Positions 6,987 through 17,741 of a stretch of 64,000 bases of DNA are shown here, piece by piece. The notes beneath the pieces were generated by a model. That model saw nothing but the letters and a program-made list of their open reading frames with translations. It was not told the DNA's origin and ran no database searches. How positions within the stretch are numbered: the stretch's first letter is position 1; the number at the start of each line of letters is the position of its first letter. Location of the stretch: the NCBI GenBank assembly GCA_964524515.1, contig CAZGEA010000001.1, positions 233,522 through 297,521 of the forward strand. The letters are read 5' to 3'. Source of the DNA: an uncultured Gammaproteobacteria bacterium. Lineage in GTDB: Bacteria > Patescibacteriota > Microgenomatia > UBA8517. Both the position numbers and the translations under genes were made by a program.

Positions 6987-9827
6987 TTATAGAAGCTCTA
7001 CTTCAAACGAACCGTCTTTTAATTCTTTGGTATATGTCTTTTTCTTGATCCATTCAATTAATTCTTGGTTTTTTGGGTACCAATCATTAGTTACTATTAT
7101 TTCCTGATCAAGTCTTGCATTAAGTTCTTTTCTTTTTTGTTGAATTGACCGAATTAACTCACGAACTTTTGCCTCCTCCTCAAGCTCAGGAGTAATTTTA
7201 GTATCTAATATTAAATTAAGATCACCTTTACCAGTTTTAAATTCAATCACTTTTATGTTTACCTCATCTAAAATTAAACTATTATATTTTTCCAAATCAT
7301 AAACAGCATTTTCTATAATCAATTTCTGAAGTGGCTGTTTAATTGCTATATTTGCATCTTTTCGCAAAAAATGAGCTTTCTCTACAATCATTCGCACTTC
7401 AATCATTTGTTCTAATTTTTCCCTTTGATCATTAGCCATATCAACAACTTCTGGCCAATCAGCCAAATGCACTGATTCTTGCTTAGTTAAATTCTTATAA
7501 ATTTCATCAGAAACAAATGGAGCAAATGGAGCAATTAATTTACACACTGTCACTAATACTTTATATGTGGATGCAAAAAAATCATCATCTGTTCTTCCCC
7601 TGGATCTTCGAATATACCACTGTGAAAAATCATTTGTAACGAAAGTTTCGATCTCATGAGTTGCATTATATAAATCATATCTATCAAGTGATTCTGTTGT
7701 TTTATTAACTAACTCCTGCAATTTATTAATGATCCACTCATCTAAAGAATTATTACTTAAATTTTCTTTTTTATCAGGAGTCCAATTATTTAAATTTGAA
7801 TAAGTAACAAAATAATTATAAGTATTCCATAAGATCAATAAAAATCTCTTTGTAACATCTTTAACCAAATTTTCAGAAAAACGAAAACTGGGTCCAGGTG
7901 CAATTACACTATACATATACCATCTAGTTGCATCTGCTCCAACACTATTCATAATCTGCCAAGGATCAATAACATTACCCTTAGACTTACTCATTTTATT
8001 TCCTTTTTCATCAAGTAAATGTCCCAAACAAATAACATTTTTATAGGATGGCCCTTTATCAAGCAAAGCTGAAACTGCTAATAATGTATAAAACCAACCT
8101 CTAGTTTGATCAATCGCCTCACTAATATAATCTGCTGGAAAATTTTTTGATAATTCCTCTTTATTTTCAAATGGATAATGTAATTGCGCGTAAGGCATCG
8201 CACCTGAATCAAACCAACAATCAAGAACAAAATTAACCCTATGCATATGAGAACTACATTTTTTACATTTAAACTTAATCTCATCAATAAATGGTCTGTG
8301 TAAATCCAATTTTGATAAATCTTTTTGAGCCAATTCTGATAATTCTTTTACGCTTCCCACCAAAACTGTATCTCCACACTCTTCACATCTCCAAATAGGT
8401 AGTGGAGTTCCCCAATATCGACTACGAGACAACGCCCAATCTCGATTATTTTTAAGCCATTCTCCCATTCGTCCTTCTTTAATATGTTCGGGAATCCAAT
8501 TAACTGAGTTATTATTTTTTATCAAATCATCTTTTACTTCAGTTGTTCTTAAATACCATGAAACCATCGCATAATACAAAAGTGGAGTTGAGCATCTCCA
8601 ACAAAATGGATATGTATGTTTAATTGTTTCAGCTTTAAATAAATTTCCATTTTTATCTAATGTCTCAATTATTTCCTTTTCAAGAGTACGATTTTTTACA
8701 AATTTTCCAGCCCAAGGTGTCACTTCAGCAACAAATTCACCTTTTTCATTAACACTATGTTTCATTGGTAAATCATGCTTTTTTCCTAGCTTAAAATCAT
8801 CCTCTCCATACATAACTGCGGTGTGAACTATTCCAGTTCCCTCATCCATTGAGACAAAATCAGCAGAAATTACAAAATGGGACTTTTGATCATATGACAT
8901 AAAATTAAACAGGGGATGATATTCAATATTAATTAAATCTGCTCCTTTAAATTTTTCAACAATCTCACCATTAATTTCTAATTCTTTTGCTCGTTTTTCA
9001 GATAAAATCAATTTTCCATTTTCAGTTAAAATTTTTACGTATTTTTCACTCTCTGAAATGGCTAATGCAACATTTCCAGGTAAAGTCCAAGGAGTAGTTG
9101 TCCAAGCTAAAAAGTATGTTCCAGGTTCATTTTTGAGTTCAAATTTAACAAATACAGAAGGATCTTCCACATCATCTTTATAACCCAATGCTAATTCATG
9201 AGAAGACAAAGAAGTTCCACATCGAGGACAATATGGTACAACTTTATAGTCTTCATATAATCTTCCTTTATCCCAAATCTGCTTTAATATCCACCATTCA
9301 GATTCTATATAATCGTTATCCATAGTCTCATATGGATTTTCCAAATCCACCCAATATCCAATTCTTCTGGTCAATTTTGTCCATTCATCAACATATTCAT
9401 AAACACTCTTTCGACATAATGCATTAAATTCCTCTATTCCATACTCCTCAATCTGTGGCTTTCCGGAAATGCCTAATTGTTTTTCAACTTGAAGTTCAAC
9501 TGGTAACCCATGACAATCCCAACCAGCCTTACGAGGTACACTATAGCCCTGCATTGTTTTATATCTTGGAATAATATCTTTAAACGATCTTGCCTCAACA
9601 TGATGAATTCCAGGTTTACCATTTGCTGTTGGAGGGCCTTCATAAAAATTAAAATGCTTTTTACTATTTTTATTCTTGTCTAGGGATTTCTCAAAAATTT
9701 TATTCTCATTCCAATATTTCAAAACTTCTTCTTCCATTTGAGGAAAATTAACTCTTGGATCAACTGGATCAAAATGTGGTTTCTTGGATTGCATATTGCT
9801 ATTGTACCTCAGAAGAGAAAAAGACAA
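6987..9827 (-). CDS. ileS: Isoleucyl-tRNA synthetase
   Basis: Class I aaRS motifs PPTANGKPGIHH (HIGH region) and KMSKSKGN. CP1 editing region and C-terminal Zn-binding CxxC pairs (CPRCG, CWRC, CEECG, CKKC). Length 946 aa. Confidence 0.95.
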   Translation of the reverse strand: MSFSLLRYNSNMQSKKPHFDPVDPRVNFPQMEEEVLKYWNENKIFEKSLDKNKNSKKHFNFYEGPPTANGKPGIHHVEARSFKDIIPRYKTMQGYSVPRKAGWDCHGLPVELQVEKQLGISGKPQIEEYGIEEFNALCRKSVYEYVDEWTKLTRRIGYWVDLENPYETMDNDYIESEWWILKQIWDKGRLYEDYKVVPYCPRCGTSLSSHELALGYKDDVEDPSVFVKFELKNEPGTYFLAWTTTPWTLPGNVALAISESEKYVKILTENGKLILSEKRAKELEINGEIVEKFKGADLINIEYHPLFNFMSYDQKSHFVISADFVSMDEGTGIVHTAVMYGEDDFKLGKKHDLPMKHSVNEKGEFVAEVTPWAGKFVKNRTLEKEIIETLDKNGNLFKAETIKHTYPFCWRCSTPLLYYAMVSWYLRTTEVKDDLIKNNNSVNWIPEHIKEGRMGEWLKNNRDWALSRSRYWGTPLPIWRCEECGDTVLVGSVKELSELAQKDLSKLDLHRPFIDEIKFKCKKCSSHMHRVNFVLDCWFDSGAMPYAQLHYPFENKEELSKNFPADYISEAIDQTRGWFYTLLAVSALLDKGPSYKNVICLGHLLDEKGNKMSKSKGNVIDPWQIMNSVGADATRWYMYSVIAPGPSFRFSENLVKDVTKRFLLILWNTYNYFVTYSNLNNWTPDKKENLSNNSLDEWIINKLQELVNKTTESLDRYDLYNATHEIETFVTNDFSQWYIRRSRGRTDDDFFASTYKVLVTVCKLIAPFAPFVSDEIYKNLTKQESVHLADWPEVVDMANDQREKLEQMIEVRMIVEKAHFLRKDANIAIKQPLQKLIIENAVYDLEKYNSLILDEVNIKVIEFKTGKGDLNLILDTKITPELEEEAKVRELIRSIQQKRKELNARLDQEIIVTNDWYPKNQELIEWIKKKTYTKELKDGSFEVELL

Positions 9828-9893
9828 AAGTTTAACAAAATAAAACCCTCGGGATTTTGATCAAAATCAATAATCCAAAGGGTTTAAACTAAA

Positions 9894-10256
9894 TTATGGT
9901 TTCAAATAGTCAGCCGAGATGGCAAGTATCGGTCTATATTTCTTGATAAAATCCAACCAATCGTTAGTAGGATCTTTGTTGATAACAACAATTCCAACTC
10001 GGTAACTGCCATCTGCTTGTGGTATTCGCTCAATACCTAACAAATATACTACTTGTTTCATTCTTGAAACGCGTTTGTTAATTTCAGTAAACCATCTATT
10101 ACTAGGTTCCTTATAATTAATATAATCGCGCTCACCAAATGTTTCAACAAAACGATATTTATTATTTAGATAGTTACGAAGGAACACCTTTACACCAACG
10201 TAGCCAATTTTACGTTGTCCACGCAAGACATCACGAAGTATGATGATAAACTCCAT
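9894..10256 (-). CDS. Hypothetical protein (120 aa) between ftsZ and ileS
   Basis: Clean ORF in a 430-bp slot, same strand as its neighbours. No recognisable motif. Confidence 0.5.
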   Translation of the reverse strand: MEFIIILRDVLRGQRKIGYVGVKVFLRNYLNNKYRFVETFGERDYINYKEPSNRWFTEINKRVSRMKQVVYLLGIERIPQADGSYRVGIVVINKDPTNDWLDFIKKYRPILAISADYLKP

Positions 10257-10332
10257 TTTCGACTGCCTTTCTTTTCGATGAGAGTGCGAATTAAATTGAA
10301 GAATTATATCACTATAGGATCAAAAAGACAAC

Positions 10333-11553
10333 TTAATGTACCTTTCGGAGAAATGCGGGGATCTCAAATTCCTCACCAAATTCATCATCTTTATCTTTTT
10401 TCTGTTGAGGTGACTGTTGTGGCTTTAAATTCTGTTCTTCTCTCTCATCACGTCTTGACTCAACAGGATAAAGCGTTTCTTCCTTTTTCCTTTTTGGAGA
10501 CTCACCTACCAAACCTGCAATCGGATTATTTTGTGGTTGATGTTGAGTAACTACTACTGGTGCACTTTGTTGCCTTAAGTCAGCAATTCTCATAACAGTA
10601 TCATCAAATCCAGTAGCTATTGCAGTAATTCTTACCTGATCTGACAAATCATCCTTAACAACAGCTCCAAAAATTATATTAGCTTCAGGATCCGCAGCAG
10701 CTGAAATAATTCTTGCAGCCTCATCTACTTCATACATTGTCATATCAGGTCCACCAGCAATATTAAACAATACCCCCCGTGCTCCCTCCATTGATAATTC
10801 CAAAAGTGGTGATGCAATTGCAGCACGAGCAGCCATTTGAGCTCTGTTTTCACCAACACCCTGACCAATACCCAAAAGCGCAGTTCCAGCATTACTCATA
10901 ATAGTTTTTACGTCAGCAAAATCAACGTTAATAAGTCCTGGAGTAGTAATAATATCTGCAATTCCAGATACAGCCTGGCCCAATACACCATCTGCAACTT
11001 TAAATGCCTCAAGAAGAGTCATCTTGCGATCAACCACATCAAGTAATCTTTGGTTTGGAATAACAATTAATGTATCCACTTCTTTTCTCAATTTCTCAAT
11101 TCCTGCTTCAGCCACTGTCATGCGTCTTGTTCCCTCGAAAGCAAAAGGTTTAGTCACAACTGCAACAGTCAATGCTCCAGCTTCTTTTGCAATTCTAGCA
11201 ATAACAGGTGCCGCACCAGTTCCAGTTCCGCCTCCCATTCCAGCTGTAATAAACACCATATCAACATCAATTAATATATCTTTAATCTTTTCTTGTGATT
11301 CTTCAGCAGCTTGTGCACCAATTTCAGGATTTCCACCAACTCCCAATCCTTTTGTTAATTTTTCACCAATCTGAAGTTTAGTTGTTGTATTACTATTTAA
11401 TAAAACTTGTGCATCAGTGTTAACTGTTACAAAATCAACACCTAATACCAATCCACTATCAACCATTGAAGACACAGCATTTCCACCACCACCACCGGCC
11501 CCTATTACTTTTATTTTTGCGATTCTTGCTGAATCTGGTTTAACTAATGCCAT
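10333..11553 (-). CDS. ftsZ: Cell division GTPase FtsZ
   Basis: Tubulin signature [14 protein letters not shown]-terminal [14 protein letters not shown], and a disordered charged C-terminal tail. Confidence 0.95.
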   Translation of the reverse strand: MALVKPDSARIAKIKVIGAGGGGGNAVSSMVDSGLVLGVDFVTVNTDAQVLLNSNTTTKLQIGEKLTKGLGVGGNPEIGAQAAEESQEKIKDILIDVDMVFITAGMGGGTGTGAAPVIARIAKEAGALTVAVVTKPFAFEGTRRMTVAEAGIEKLRKEVDTLIVIPNQRLLDVVDRKMTLLEAFKVADGVLGQAVSGIADIITTPGLINVDFADVKTIMSNAGTALLGIGQGVGENRAQMAARAAIASPLLELSMEGARGVLFNIAGGPDMTMYEVDEAARIISAAADPEANIIFGAVVKDDLSDQVRITAIATGFDDTVMRIADLRQQSAPVVVTQHQPQNNPIAGLVGESPKRKKEETLYPVESRRDEREEQNLKPQQSPQQKKDKDDEFGEEFEIPAFLRKVH

Positions 11554-11696
11554 TTTTTATTTTTTAATTGATTTACTATAACGACCTTATTAATTATTTA
11601 AACGGATCTTATCTTGTTAATTGTTTAAACGGGATCATATCCTGTTATTTGTTTATACTATATAAAAATATTTATACAAGTAGGCAGTACTCAAAA

Positions 11697-12983
11697 TTAC
11701 GGCAGAAGGTTTCGCAGTGTATCCACTATCTTATCAAAAAAACTGCCAGATGGAAGCTTCACTTTTTTACTAATACTATTTAAATTCTGTTTACTTTGCT
11801 GATTAGTTGGTGATTCATATTTAGCCCCATATAAAATAAGTCCTACTGCTGTTGAATATTCAGGATTTAAAATATCATCAACCAAACCAGAAACTCCTTG
11901 TGGTATTCCCAATCGAACAGGTAAATATAATGTTTTCTTAGCACACTCAATGGCCCCTGCAGTTAATGCTCCCCCACCTGTCACAACAGCTCCAGATGGA
12001 ACCCTATTCAAAAGCCCAGCCTTTTCCAAATCAAGTCGTACAATTGAAAATATTTCATTTAGTCGTGGCTTTATTATTCCTTCAGTTACTGTTCGAACTG
12101 ATAATTTCTTTTCTTCAATTCCATCCTCATCAGAAATAGAAAGTGATTCAATTTTATTAATATCTCGTTCTTTCTTTAATAAATCAGTTAAATTCAATTT
12201 TATTTTTTCTGCTTGTTCCAAAGAAACACGAAGTCCTATTGCCAAATCATTTGTTACATTGCGCGCGCCAACAGGAATTGCACTTGAATATGCCAATGCT
12301 CCATCAACATACGCCGCAACTGAAGTAATACCTGCACCAATATCAATCAATACACATCCCAATTCCTTTTCAGTTTCAGTTAATGTGGAAAATGAAGCAG
12401 CAACTCCCGAAAAAACAATTTCTCGAGGAACAACACCAACTTCAGAAACAGTTTTACGCAAATTCTTAAGAGCTGCAGTCGAAGCAGTGACCAAATGAGT
12501 GTCAACTTCAAGCCTTACTCCACTCATTCCCACTGGATCACGTACATCAGCCTCACCATCAACAATAAATTGTCTAGGAATAACATGAATGATCTCGCGC
12601 GATGCAGGTAATGAAATTGCCTTTGCTGCATCAATTACGCGATTAACATCAGAATCACGAACCTCACCACTTGGATCTGAAATTGCAACCACTCCAGTTG
12701 AATTCTGAGATGAAATATGCGCTCCACCTAATGAAATATACGCATCAGTTAAATTGTATCCCGCCATTCGCTCAGCAGCTTCAACTGAAGCTGTAACAAC
12801 TTCGGTAGTATCTTCAATATCAACAATCTGTCCTTTTTTAACTCCTTTCGATGGAGTTGTAGAAACACCTATAATATTAACGCTACTTTCAAATGTAACC
12901 TCATCTGTAACAAGTTGTGCAAGTAAGGTAGTAACCTTAGAAGATCCTATATCTATTCCTGCAATTATTGTATGTTTTTTCAT
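11697..12983 (-). CDS. ftsA: Cell division protein FtsA (actin-like ATPase)
   Basis: IAGIDIGSSKV phosphate-1 motif and the DIGAGIT motif. Immediately upstream of ftsZ. Confidence 0.9.
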   Translation of the reverse strand: MKKHTIIAGIDIGSSKVTTLLAQLVTDEVTFESSVNIIGVSTTPSKGVKKGQIVDIEDTTEVVTASVEAAERMAGYNLTDAYISLGGAHISSQNSTGVVAISDPSGEVRDSDVNRVIDAAKAISLPASREIIHVIPRQFIVDGEADVRDPVGMSGVRLEVDTHLVTASTAALKNLRKTVSEVGVVPREIVFSGVAASFSTLTETEKELGCVLIDIGAGITSVAAYVDGALAYSSAIPVGARNVTNDLAIGLRVSLEQAEKIKLNLTDLLKKERDINKIESLSISDEDGIEEKKLSVRTVTEGIIKPRLNEIFSIVRLDLEKAGLLNRVPSGAVVTGGGALTAGAIECAKKTLYLPVRLGIPQGVSGLVDDILNPEYSTAVGLILYGAKYESPTNQQSKQNLNSISKKVKLPSGSFFDKIVDTLRNLLP

Positions 12984-12990
12984 CTTTTAA

Positions 12991-13707
12991 TCATCTTAAC
13001 ACGGGTTGAGCCCAGCGTAAATCTATTTCTTTAATTTTAGACAATTCCGGCTCACCTTTTATTTTTGTCAAAATCAATCTCACTTCACCAACATAATATT
13101 CCAAATCATCCCCAAATGGAAAAATAATTTTAACATTATTTTTTGTAACTAACTGCATGAAATCGCGATAAATTTCATAATCTCCTTCAATAAATGATTG
13201 GTCCATTAATTTTTTAAGCAAAACTAAATTCAAATATTTCTTATCCAATTTATATCCTATTTCAAAATTTAAATCACCATTTATCTTCAAACAATTATTT
13301 TGGCTTATTTCAGTCTTCCAAAGAATTAACCCAACATCATCTATACCAAAATATTTATTATTTACTTTATAACATCCAATTTCCTTTTTTGCTGTTATAA
13401 ATACAGCCAATTTATTTGGAGGAATAAATTGAAAATAATACCCGTTAGAAAAATAAATACTAGAAAATATTCTATTTAATTTTGGTTTTACTTCAAAAAA
13501 AGAGCTTTTTTCAATTTTTTTAAGTTCACTCTCTAAAAAACTGGGGCAGAGTTCATTATTTAGTCTACATTCAACTTGGGAAATTATTAATTTACCAGAT
13601 ACAAATTGATATAATGATTTTAAAAAAAATACAATAAGAAAAATTAAAACTAAATAAAACAATACTTTCCAAATTTTAAATTTTCTCTCCCTTTTAACTT
13701 TTCTCAT
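12991..13707 (-). CDS. FtsQ/DivIB-like bitopic division protein (putative)
   Basis: Basic N-terminus plus a single TM helix (VLFYLVLIFLIVFF). C-terminal IDLRWAQPVL resembles the FtsQ end motif. It sits between murG and ftsA, the conserved ftsQ position. Confidence 0.55.
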   Translation of the reverse strand: MRKVKRERKFKIWKVLFYLVLIFLIVFFLKSLYQFVSGKLIISQVECRLNNELCPSFLESELKKIEKSSFFEVKPKLNRIFSSIYFSNGYYFQFIPPNKLAVFITAKKEIGCYKVNNKYFGIDDVGLILWKTEISQNNCLKINGDLNFEIGYKLDKKYLNLVLLKKLMDQSFIEGDYEIYRDFMQLVTKNNVKIIFPFGDDLEYYVGEVRLILTKIKGEPELSKIKEIDLRWAQPVLR

Positions 13708-13715
13708 TAGGGAAT

Positions 13716-14822
13716 TTATTTAGCAATATATTCAAAAATTAAATCCACTATTTTTTGACTTGCGTTCTTGTCAAATTCAAATTCATTTTTATAATTTTTA
13801 ACAATACTATTCCAATTTTCATTTACAAAAATTATTTTATTTAATAAATTTTCAGGAGTTAAATCATCCTCTTTTAAAACCTGAGCCAAACCACTTTTCT
13901 CAAGAGATTTTGCATTTTTTGTCTGTTCATCATACCTTGTCCATGGTATTGGAATCAAAATAGACGGTATACCCAAATATCCAATTTCACACACTGTGTT
14001 TGCTCCGCTTCTACCAATTACGATATCTATTTTTTCATATATTTCACCTAAATCATCAGGATCAATCGTTTCATATACTTCATAATTTTGTAAATTTTTA
14101 GAATAGTTATCAAATTCATTAAAATCAAAAACACCAGTTTGGTGAATTATTTTATAATTAAGTTTTATTAATTTATCAATTATTGGCTTGATTGCAATAT
14201 TAATTTTATGAGCACCTCTCGATCCTCCTGTTATATAAGCAACAGGTTTTATGTGTTTTTTTACTTTTTTAGATAATTCTAAAATTTTTGGAAGAATTGG
14301 ATTACCAACTAATACAACTTTATCTTCCTTAAAATAAAGCTTACTATCCTCTCTAGCAATTGTTATTTTATCTGCAAAAAAAGATGATAATTTATTAGCT
14401 AAACCTACCGCAACAGTTTGCTCATGCAAAATACATGGAATTTGCAATATCCATGATGCAAAAACAACAGGTAACCCAACATATCCACCGAAAGATAATA
14501 CAACATCAGGTTTAATTTTTATTAACAAATAAAGCGCGTGAATAAATCCAAAAGGAATTCTCAAAAAAGAAAAAAATGCTGCTATAGAAAGTCTCCTTGA
14601 AAGTTTTCCAGAATACAAACTATGCATTAACACATTTTTTCTAGGGAAAATAATTTGCTCAAGTGTTTTTATTTTTTTTCCTTCAATTGAAGTTTTAGCT
14701 CCGATAAAATGTATTTCAATATCTTTATGTTCTTTTTGAATTTCGTCAATAACACAATATGCTGTTGTTGCAGCATGGCCACCAGTTAATAATATTTTAC
14801 TTTTTTTAATTTTCTCTTGCAT
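13716..14822 (-). CDS. murG: Undecaprenyl-PP-MurNAc-pentapeptide:UDP-GlcNAc GlcNAc transferase MurG (GT28)
   Basis: ILLTGGHAATTA N-terminal loop, ITGGSRGAHKIN (GGSQGA-like), and GRSGANTVCEIGYLGIPSILIPIP. Confidence 0.85.
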   Translation of the reverse strand: MQEKIKKSKILLTGGHAATTAYCVIDEIQKEHKDIEIHFIGAKTSIEGKKIKTLEQIIFPRKNVLMHSLYSGKLSRRLSIAAFFSFLRIPFGFIHALYLLIKIKPDVVLSFGGYVGLPVVFASWILQIPCILHEQTVAVGLANKLSSFFADKITIAREDSKLYFKEDKVVLVGNPILPKILELSKKVKKHIKPVAYITGGSRGAHKINIAIKPIIDKLIKLNYKIIHQTGVFDFNEFDNYSKNLQNYEVYETIDPDDLGEIYEKIDIVIGRSGANTVCEIGYLGIPSILIPIPWTRYDEQTKNAKSLEKSGLAQVLKEDDLTPENLLNKIIFVNENWNSIVKNYKNEFEFDKNASQKIVDLIFEYIAK

Positions 14823-15906
14823 TTCTTGAAATTCCTAAGATTATACCAAGTGCCAAAAATAAACTCATTAAACTTGTTTTTCCATATGACAAAAATGGAA
14901 GAGGAACACCAGTTAATGGAACCAAAGCAATCATTGAACCAATATTTAAAATAACTTGTGAACCAATCCACACTGCTATTGCACTACTAACAACCTTTGA
15001 AAAAACGTCATTACTTCGTTTAGAAATTCGAAACATTCTATATACAAAATATGCATAGATTAACAAAATTGAAACAGAACCTACAAATCCAATTTCTTCA
15101 GATATTATTGGAAAAATTGAATCAGTTGAAGCCTCAGGTAAAAATAAAAATTTCTGCTTAGATTGACCAAAACCTACACCAAAAACTCCACCTTGTGATA
15201 CTGCAAAAAGTGCTTGCTGTAAATGATAAGAAGAATTAAGTGGATGTTGCATAACATTTAAAAAATCAACAATTCGCTGTCTCCTGTATGAAGAAAACAT
15301 TGCAACCATCATAACAATTAAAACTACTCCAAATAAATATTTCATTAACACTTTAATTTCGATTCCAGACATAAATATAATAGATATTCCAATAGATCCA
15401 ATTAAAAGTGCAGTTCCCAAATCAGGCTGTGCCATAATTAAAAAACAAACCAAACCAAGTGGTACAAAAAAACCGATAACAGATCTTTTCAAATGCGCCA
15501 AATTGGCAAGATACAAAATTATAGAAATTTTAACTAATTCAGAAGGTTGAAAGCTCAATGGCCCTAAACTAAGCCATCTTCTGGCTCCCAAAAGTTTATT
15601 TCCAAAACCAGGTATAAGAACTAAAAACAGTAAAAATAAACTAAATGAAAATATATAAAATGAATTCTTTCTCCAAAAATCTGTTTTTAATTTTGATATA
15701 AAAATCATAAAACAAAAACCAATAAATGACCAAAGCAAATGAAATTTGGTATAAAACAATGGATCATTAAAATGGGTTGTCGCAGATGGAGTGGAGACGT
15801 CAGCTACAAAAATTACCCCCATTACAGTAAGCAAAAAAATCAACAAAAAAAGCACTTTATCAACTGGATTTCTCTTTTCGTTATTTATCTGTTTCCTGTG
15901 TCTCAC
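14806..15906 (-). CDS. ftsW: SEDS-family lipid II flippase / PG polymerase FtsW
   Basis: Polytopic. FLPEASTDSIFPIISEEIGFVGS is the SEDS signature. Located between mraY and murG. Confidence 0.85.
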   Translation of the reverse strand: MRHRKQINNEKRNPVDKVLFLLIFLLTVMGVIFVADVSTPSATTHFNDPLFYTKFHLLWSFIGFCFMIFISKLKTDFWRKNSFYIFSFSLFLLFLVLIPGFGNKLLGARRWLSLGPLSFQPSELVKISIILYLANLAHLKRSVIGFFVPLGLVCFLIMAQPDLGTALLIGSIGISIIFMSGIEIKVLMKYLFGVVLIVMMVAMFSSYRRQRIVDFLNVMQHPLNSSYHLQQALFAVSQGGVFGVGFGQSKQKFLFLPEASTDSIFPIISEEIGFVGSVSILLIYAYFVYRMFRISKRSNDVFSKVVSSAIAVWIGSQVILNIGSMIALVPLTGVPLPFLSYGKTSLMSLFLALGIILGISRNAREN

Positions 15907-15915
15907 ATTAATTAT

Positions 15916-16977
15916 TTAAATAAGTGCCAACCACAAACCAAAAATTGCAAGTACGATTCCAGCAATCCAAGCTCTCATTACAATTTTAGGTTCCTCCCAA
16001 CCAATTGCTAAAAAAGTATGATGAATTGGTGCAAGTGGAAATATTTTTCGTTTAAAAAATTTAATTCCAATTATTTGAATTGCAGATGATGCAGCTTCAA
16101 TTACAAATATTCCACCTACGACAAAAAGTGTCGGAACATTACCAACCAATAAACCAACAACAGCAATAGTAGATCCAAAAGCAAGTGATCCAGTGTCACC
16201 CAAAAATATTCTAGCTGGCCAAATATTAAAATATAAAAATGACAAAAGACTGCCAATCCATAATGCGACAAACAAAAACACAGGTGTATCCAAATTAGTT
16301 GCAGCAATAACAATATAAGCAATCAAATAAATAACTAATAATCCTGAAGCCAAACCATCCAATCCATCAGTAAAATTAAAAGCATTTGCAAAAAATACAA
16401 TTACAAAAGCTGCAAATGGAATAAATAACAACCCCATATGAAATGTTAATTTAATAATCGGAACATAAATATAACTAATTCCAAGTTTGTTATAAAGCAA
16501 AAATCCAATAATAAAACCAAGAATCCACTGAATAATAAATTTTTGATTTCTTGTTAACCCAAACGCAGAACTACCTGGTCCTTGAACTTTACCAAAAATC
16601 TTAACAAAATCATCGAGCACTCCAAGTAATCCAAAAGAAAGAAATGAGAAAAATATTATAAATAATTCATTTCCAAGATTAAATGAACTTTCAACAACAA
16701 CACCAACCTTGTAAAGAAGTGGAAATATAATTAAAAAAAGAATAGAAACAATAGACAATATCAAAATTCCTCCCCCTATTGGGGTGCCTGCCTTTTTATC
16801 ATGAAGCTTATCAAAAAGTGATTTGTTTCGAGTCACACCTTCACGCCTACGAGTAAAATTAATTTTGTACAAAAGGTCAATAAAAGGTACAACAAAAATA
16901 CTTGTAATAAAGAAAGAAAAAATAATAATTCCCAAGGCCAAAGGCAAAACAGAAGGTATATGCATATATTGCTCCAC
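15916..16977 (-). CDS. mraY: Phospho-N-acetylmuramoyl-pentapeptide transferase MraY
   Basis: NAFNFTDGLDGLASG (the MraY NAxNxTDGLDGLA motif) and HHTFLAIGWEE. Ten TM topology. Confidence 0.9.
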   Translation of the reverse strand: MEQYMHIPSVLPLALGIIIFSFFITSIFVVPFIDLLYKINFTRRREGVTRNKSLFDKLHDKKAGTPIGGGILILSIVSILFLIIFPLLYKVGVVVESSFNLGNELFIIFFSFLSFGLLGVLDDFVKIFGKVQGPGSSAFGLTRNQKFIIQWILGFIIGFLLYNKLGISYIYVPIIKLTFHMGLLFIPFAAFVIVFFANAFNFTDGLDGLASGLLVIYLIAYIVIAATNLDTPVFLFVALWIGSLLSFLYFNIWPARIFLGDTGSLAFGSTIAVVGLLVGNVPTLFVVGGIFVIEAASSAIQIIGIKFFKRKIFPLAPIHHTFLAIGWEEPKIVMRAWIAGIVLAIFGLWLALI

Positions 16978-17003
16978 TATTATACGTTATAATTGGTATA
17001 CAA

Positions 17004-17741
17004 ATGCAAACATTAATTGCAAACTCATTGATAAACTACGAATTATTTGGTGAGAAAAACAAAGAATCAATCATAATACTTCATGGGTGGCTAAGAAACC
17101 TTATCGAATGGAGACCAATAGCTATTAAATTATCTAATAAATACAAGGTCTATATTCTCGATTTACCTGGATTCGGTAATTCACCTCTTCCTGAACAGGA
17201 TAATATTGAAATGGAATGGTATGGTCAAATAGTTGAAAAATTCATTAAATCAGAAAACATTAAAAATCCAATTGGAATTGGCCATTCATTTGGTGGGAGA
17301 ACACTATTAGTGACAGCATCCAAAATAAAATTTAAAAAAATATTTCTTGTCGATACTCCAGGAGTAACAGACCGAGACACTTTAACTAATATCAAAATAA
17401 TTATTGGCAAAATAGTAAAATATTTTCTATTTCCATTCCCAAAATATATTGTAGAAAAAATTAGACTAAAATTTTCACCAAGTTATAAAAACCTATCAAA
17501 ACCGTTAATTGAAATATTAAAAAAAATTGTAAAACAAAACTTAACAGAATATGCAGAAAAAATCGATTGTGAATCTATATTAATTTGGGGAGAAAACGAT
17601 AAAGATGTACCTTTACCAGATGCTTTTAAACTAAAAAATTTAATTAAAAATTCGACTTTACGAGTCATTTGGGGTGCAGGCCATTCACCACATATTGAAA
17701 AAACAAATAAATTTATTAACACAATCAACGAATATCTATGA
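17004..17741 (+). CDS. Alpha/beta-fold hydrolase
   Basis: HGWLRNLIEW...LPGFGNS and the nucleophile elbow GIGHSFGG, with C-terminal GAGHSPHIE (catalytic His region). Confidence 0.75.
   Translation: MQTLIANSLINYELFGEKNKESIIILHGWLRNLIEWRPIAIKLSNKYKVYILDLPGFGNSPLPEQDNIEMEWYGQIVEKFIKSENIKNPIGIGHSFGGRTLLVTASKIKFKKIFLVDTPGVTDRDTLTNIKIIIGKIVKYFLFPFPKYIVEKIRLKFSPSYKNLSKPLIEILKKIVKQNLTEYAEKIDCESILIWGENDKDVPLPDAFKLKNLIKNSTLRVIWGAGHSPHIEKTNKFINTINEYL

Noticed and set aside
11568-11783. 71-aa plus-strand ORF spanning the ftsA-ftsZ spacer
   Set aside because: It runs antisense into the ftsA 3' end and through the repeat-containing regulatory spacer. A regulatory DNA or RNA role is more likely than coding.
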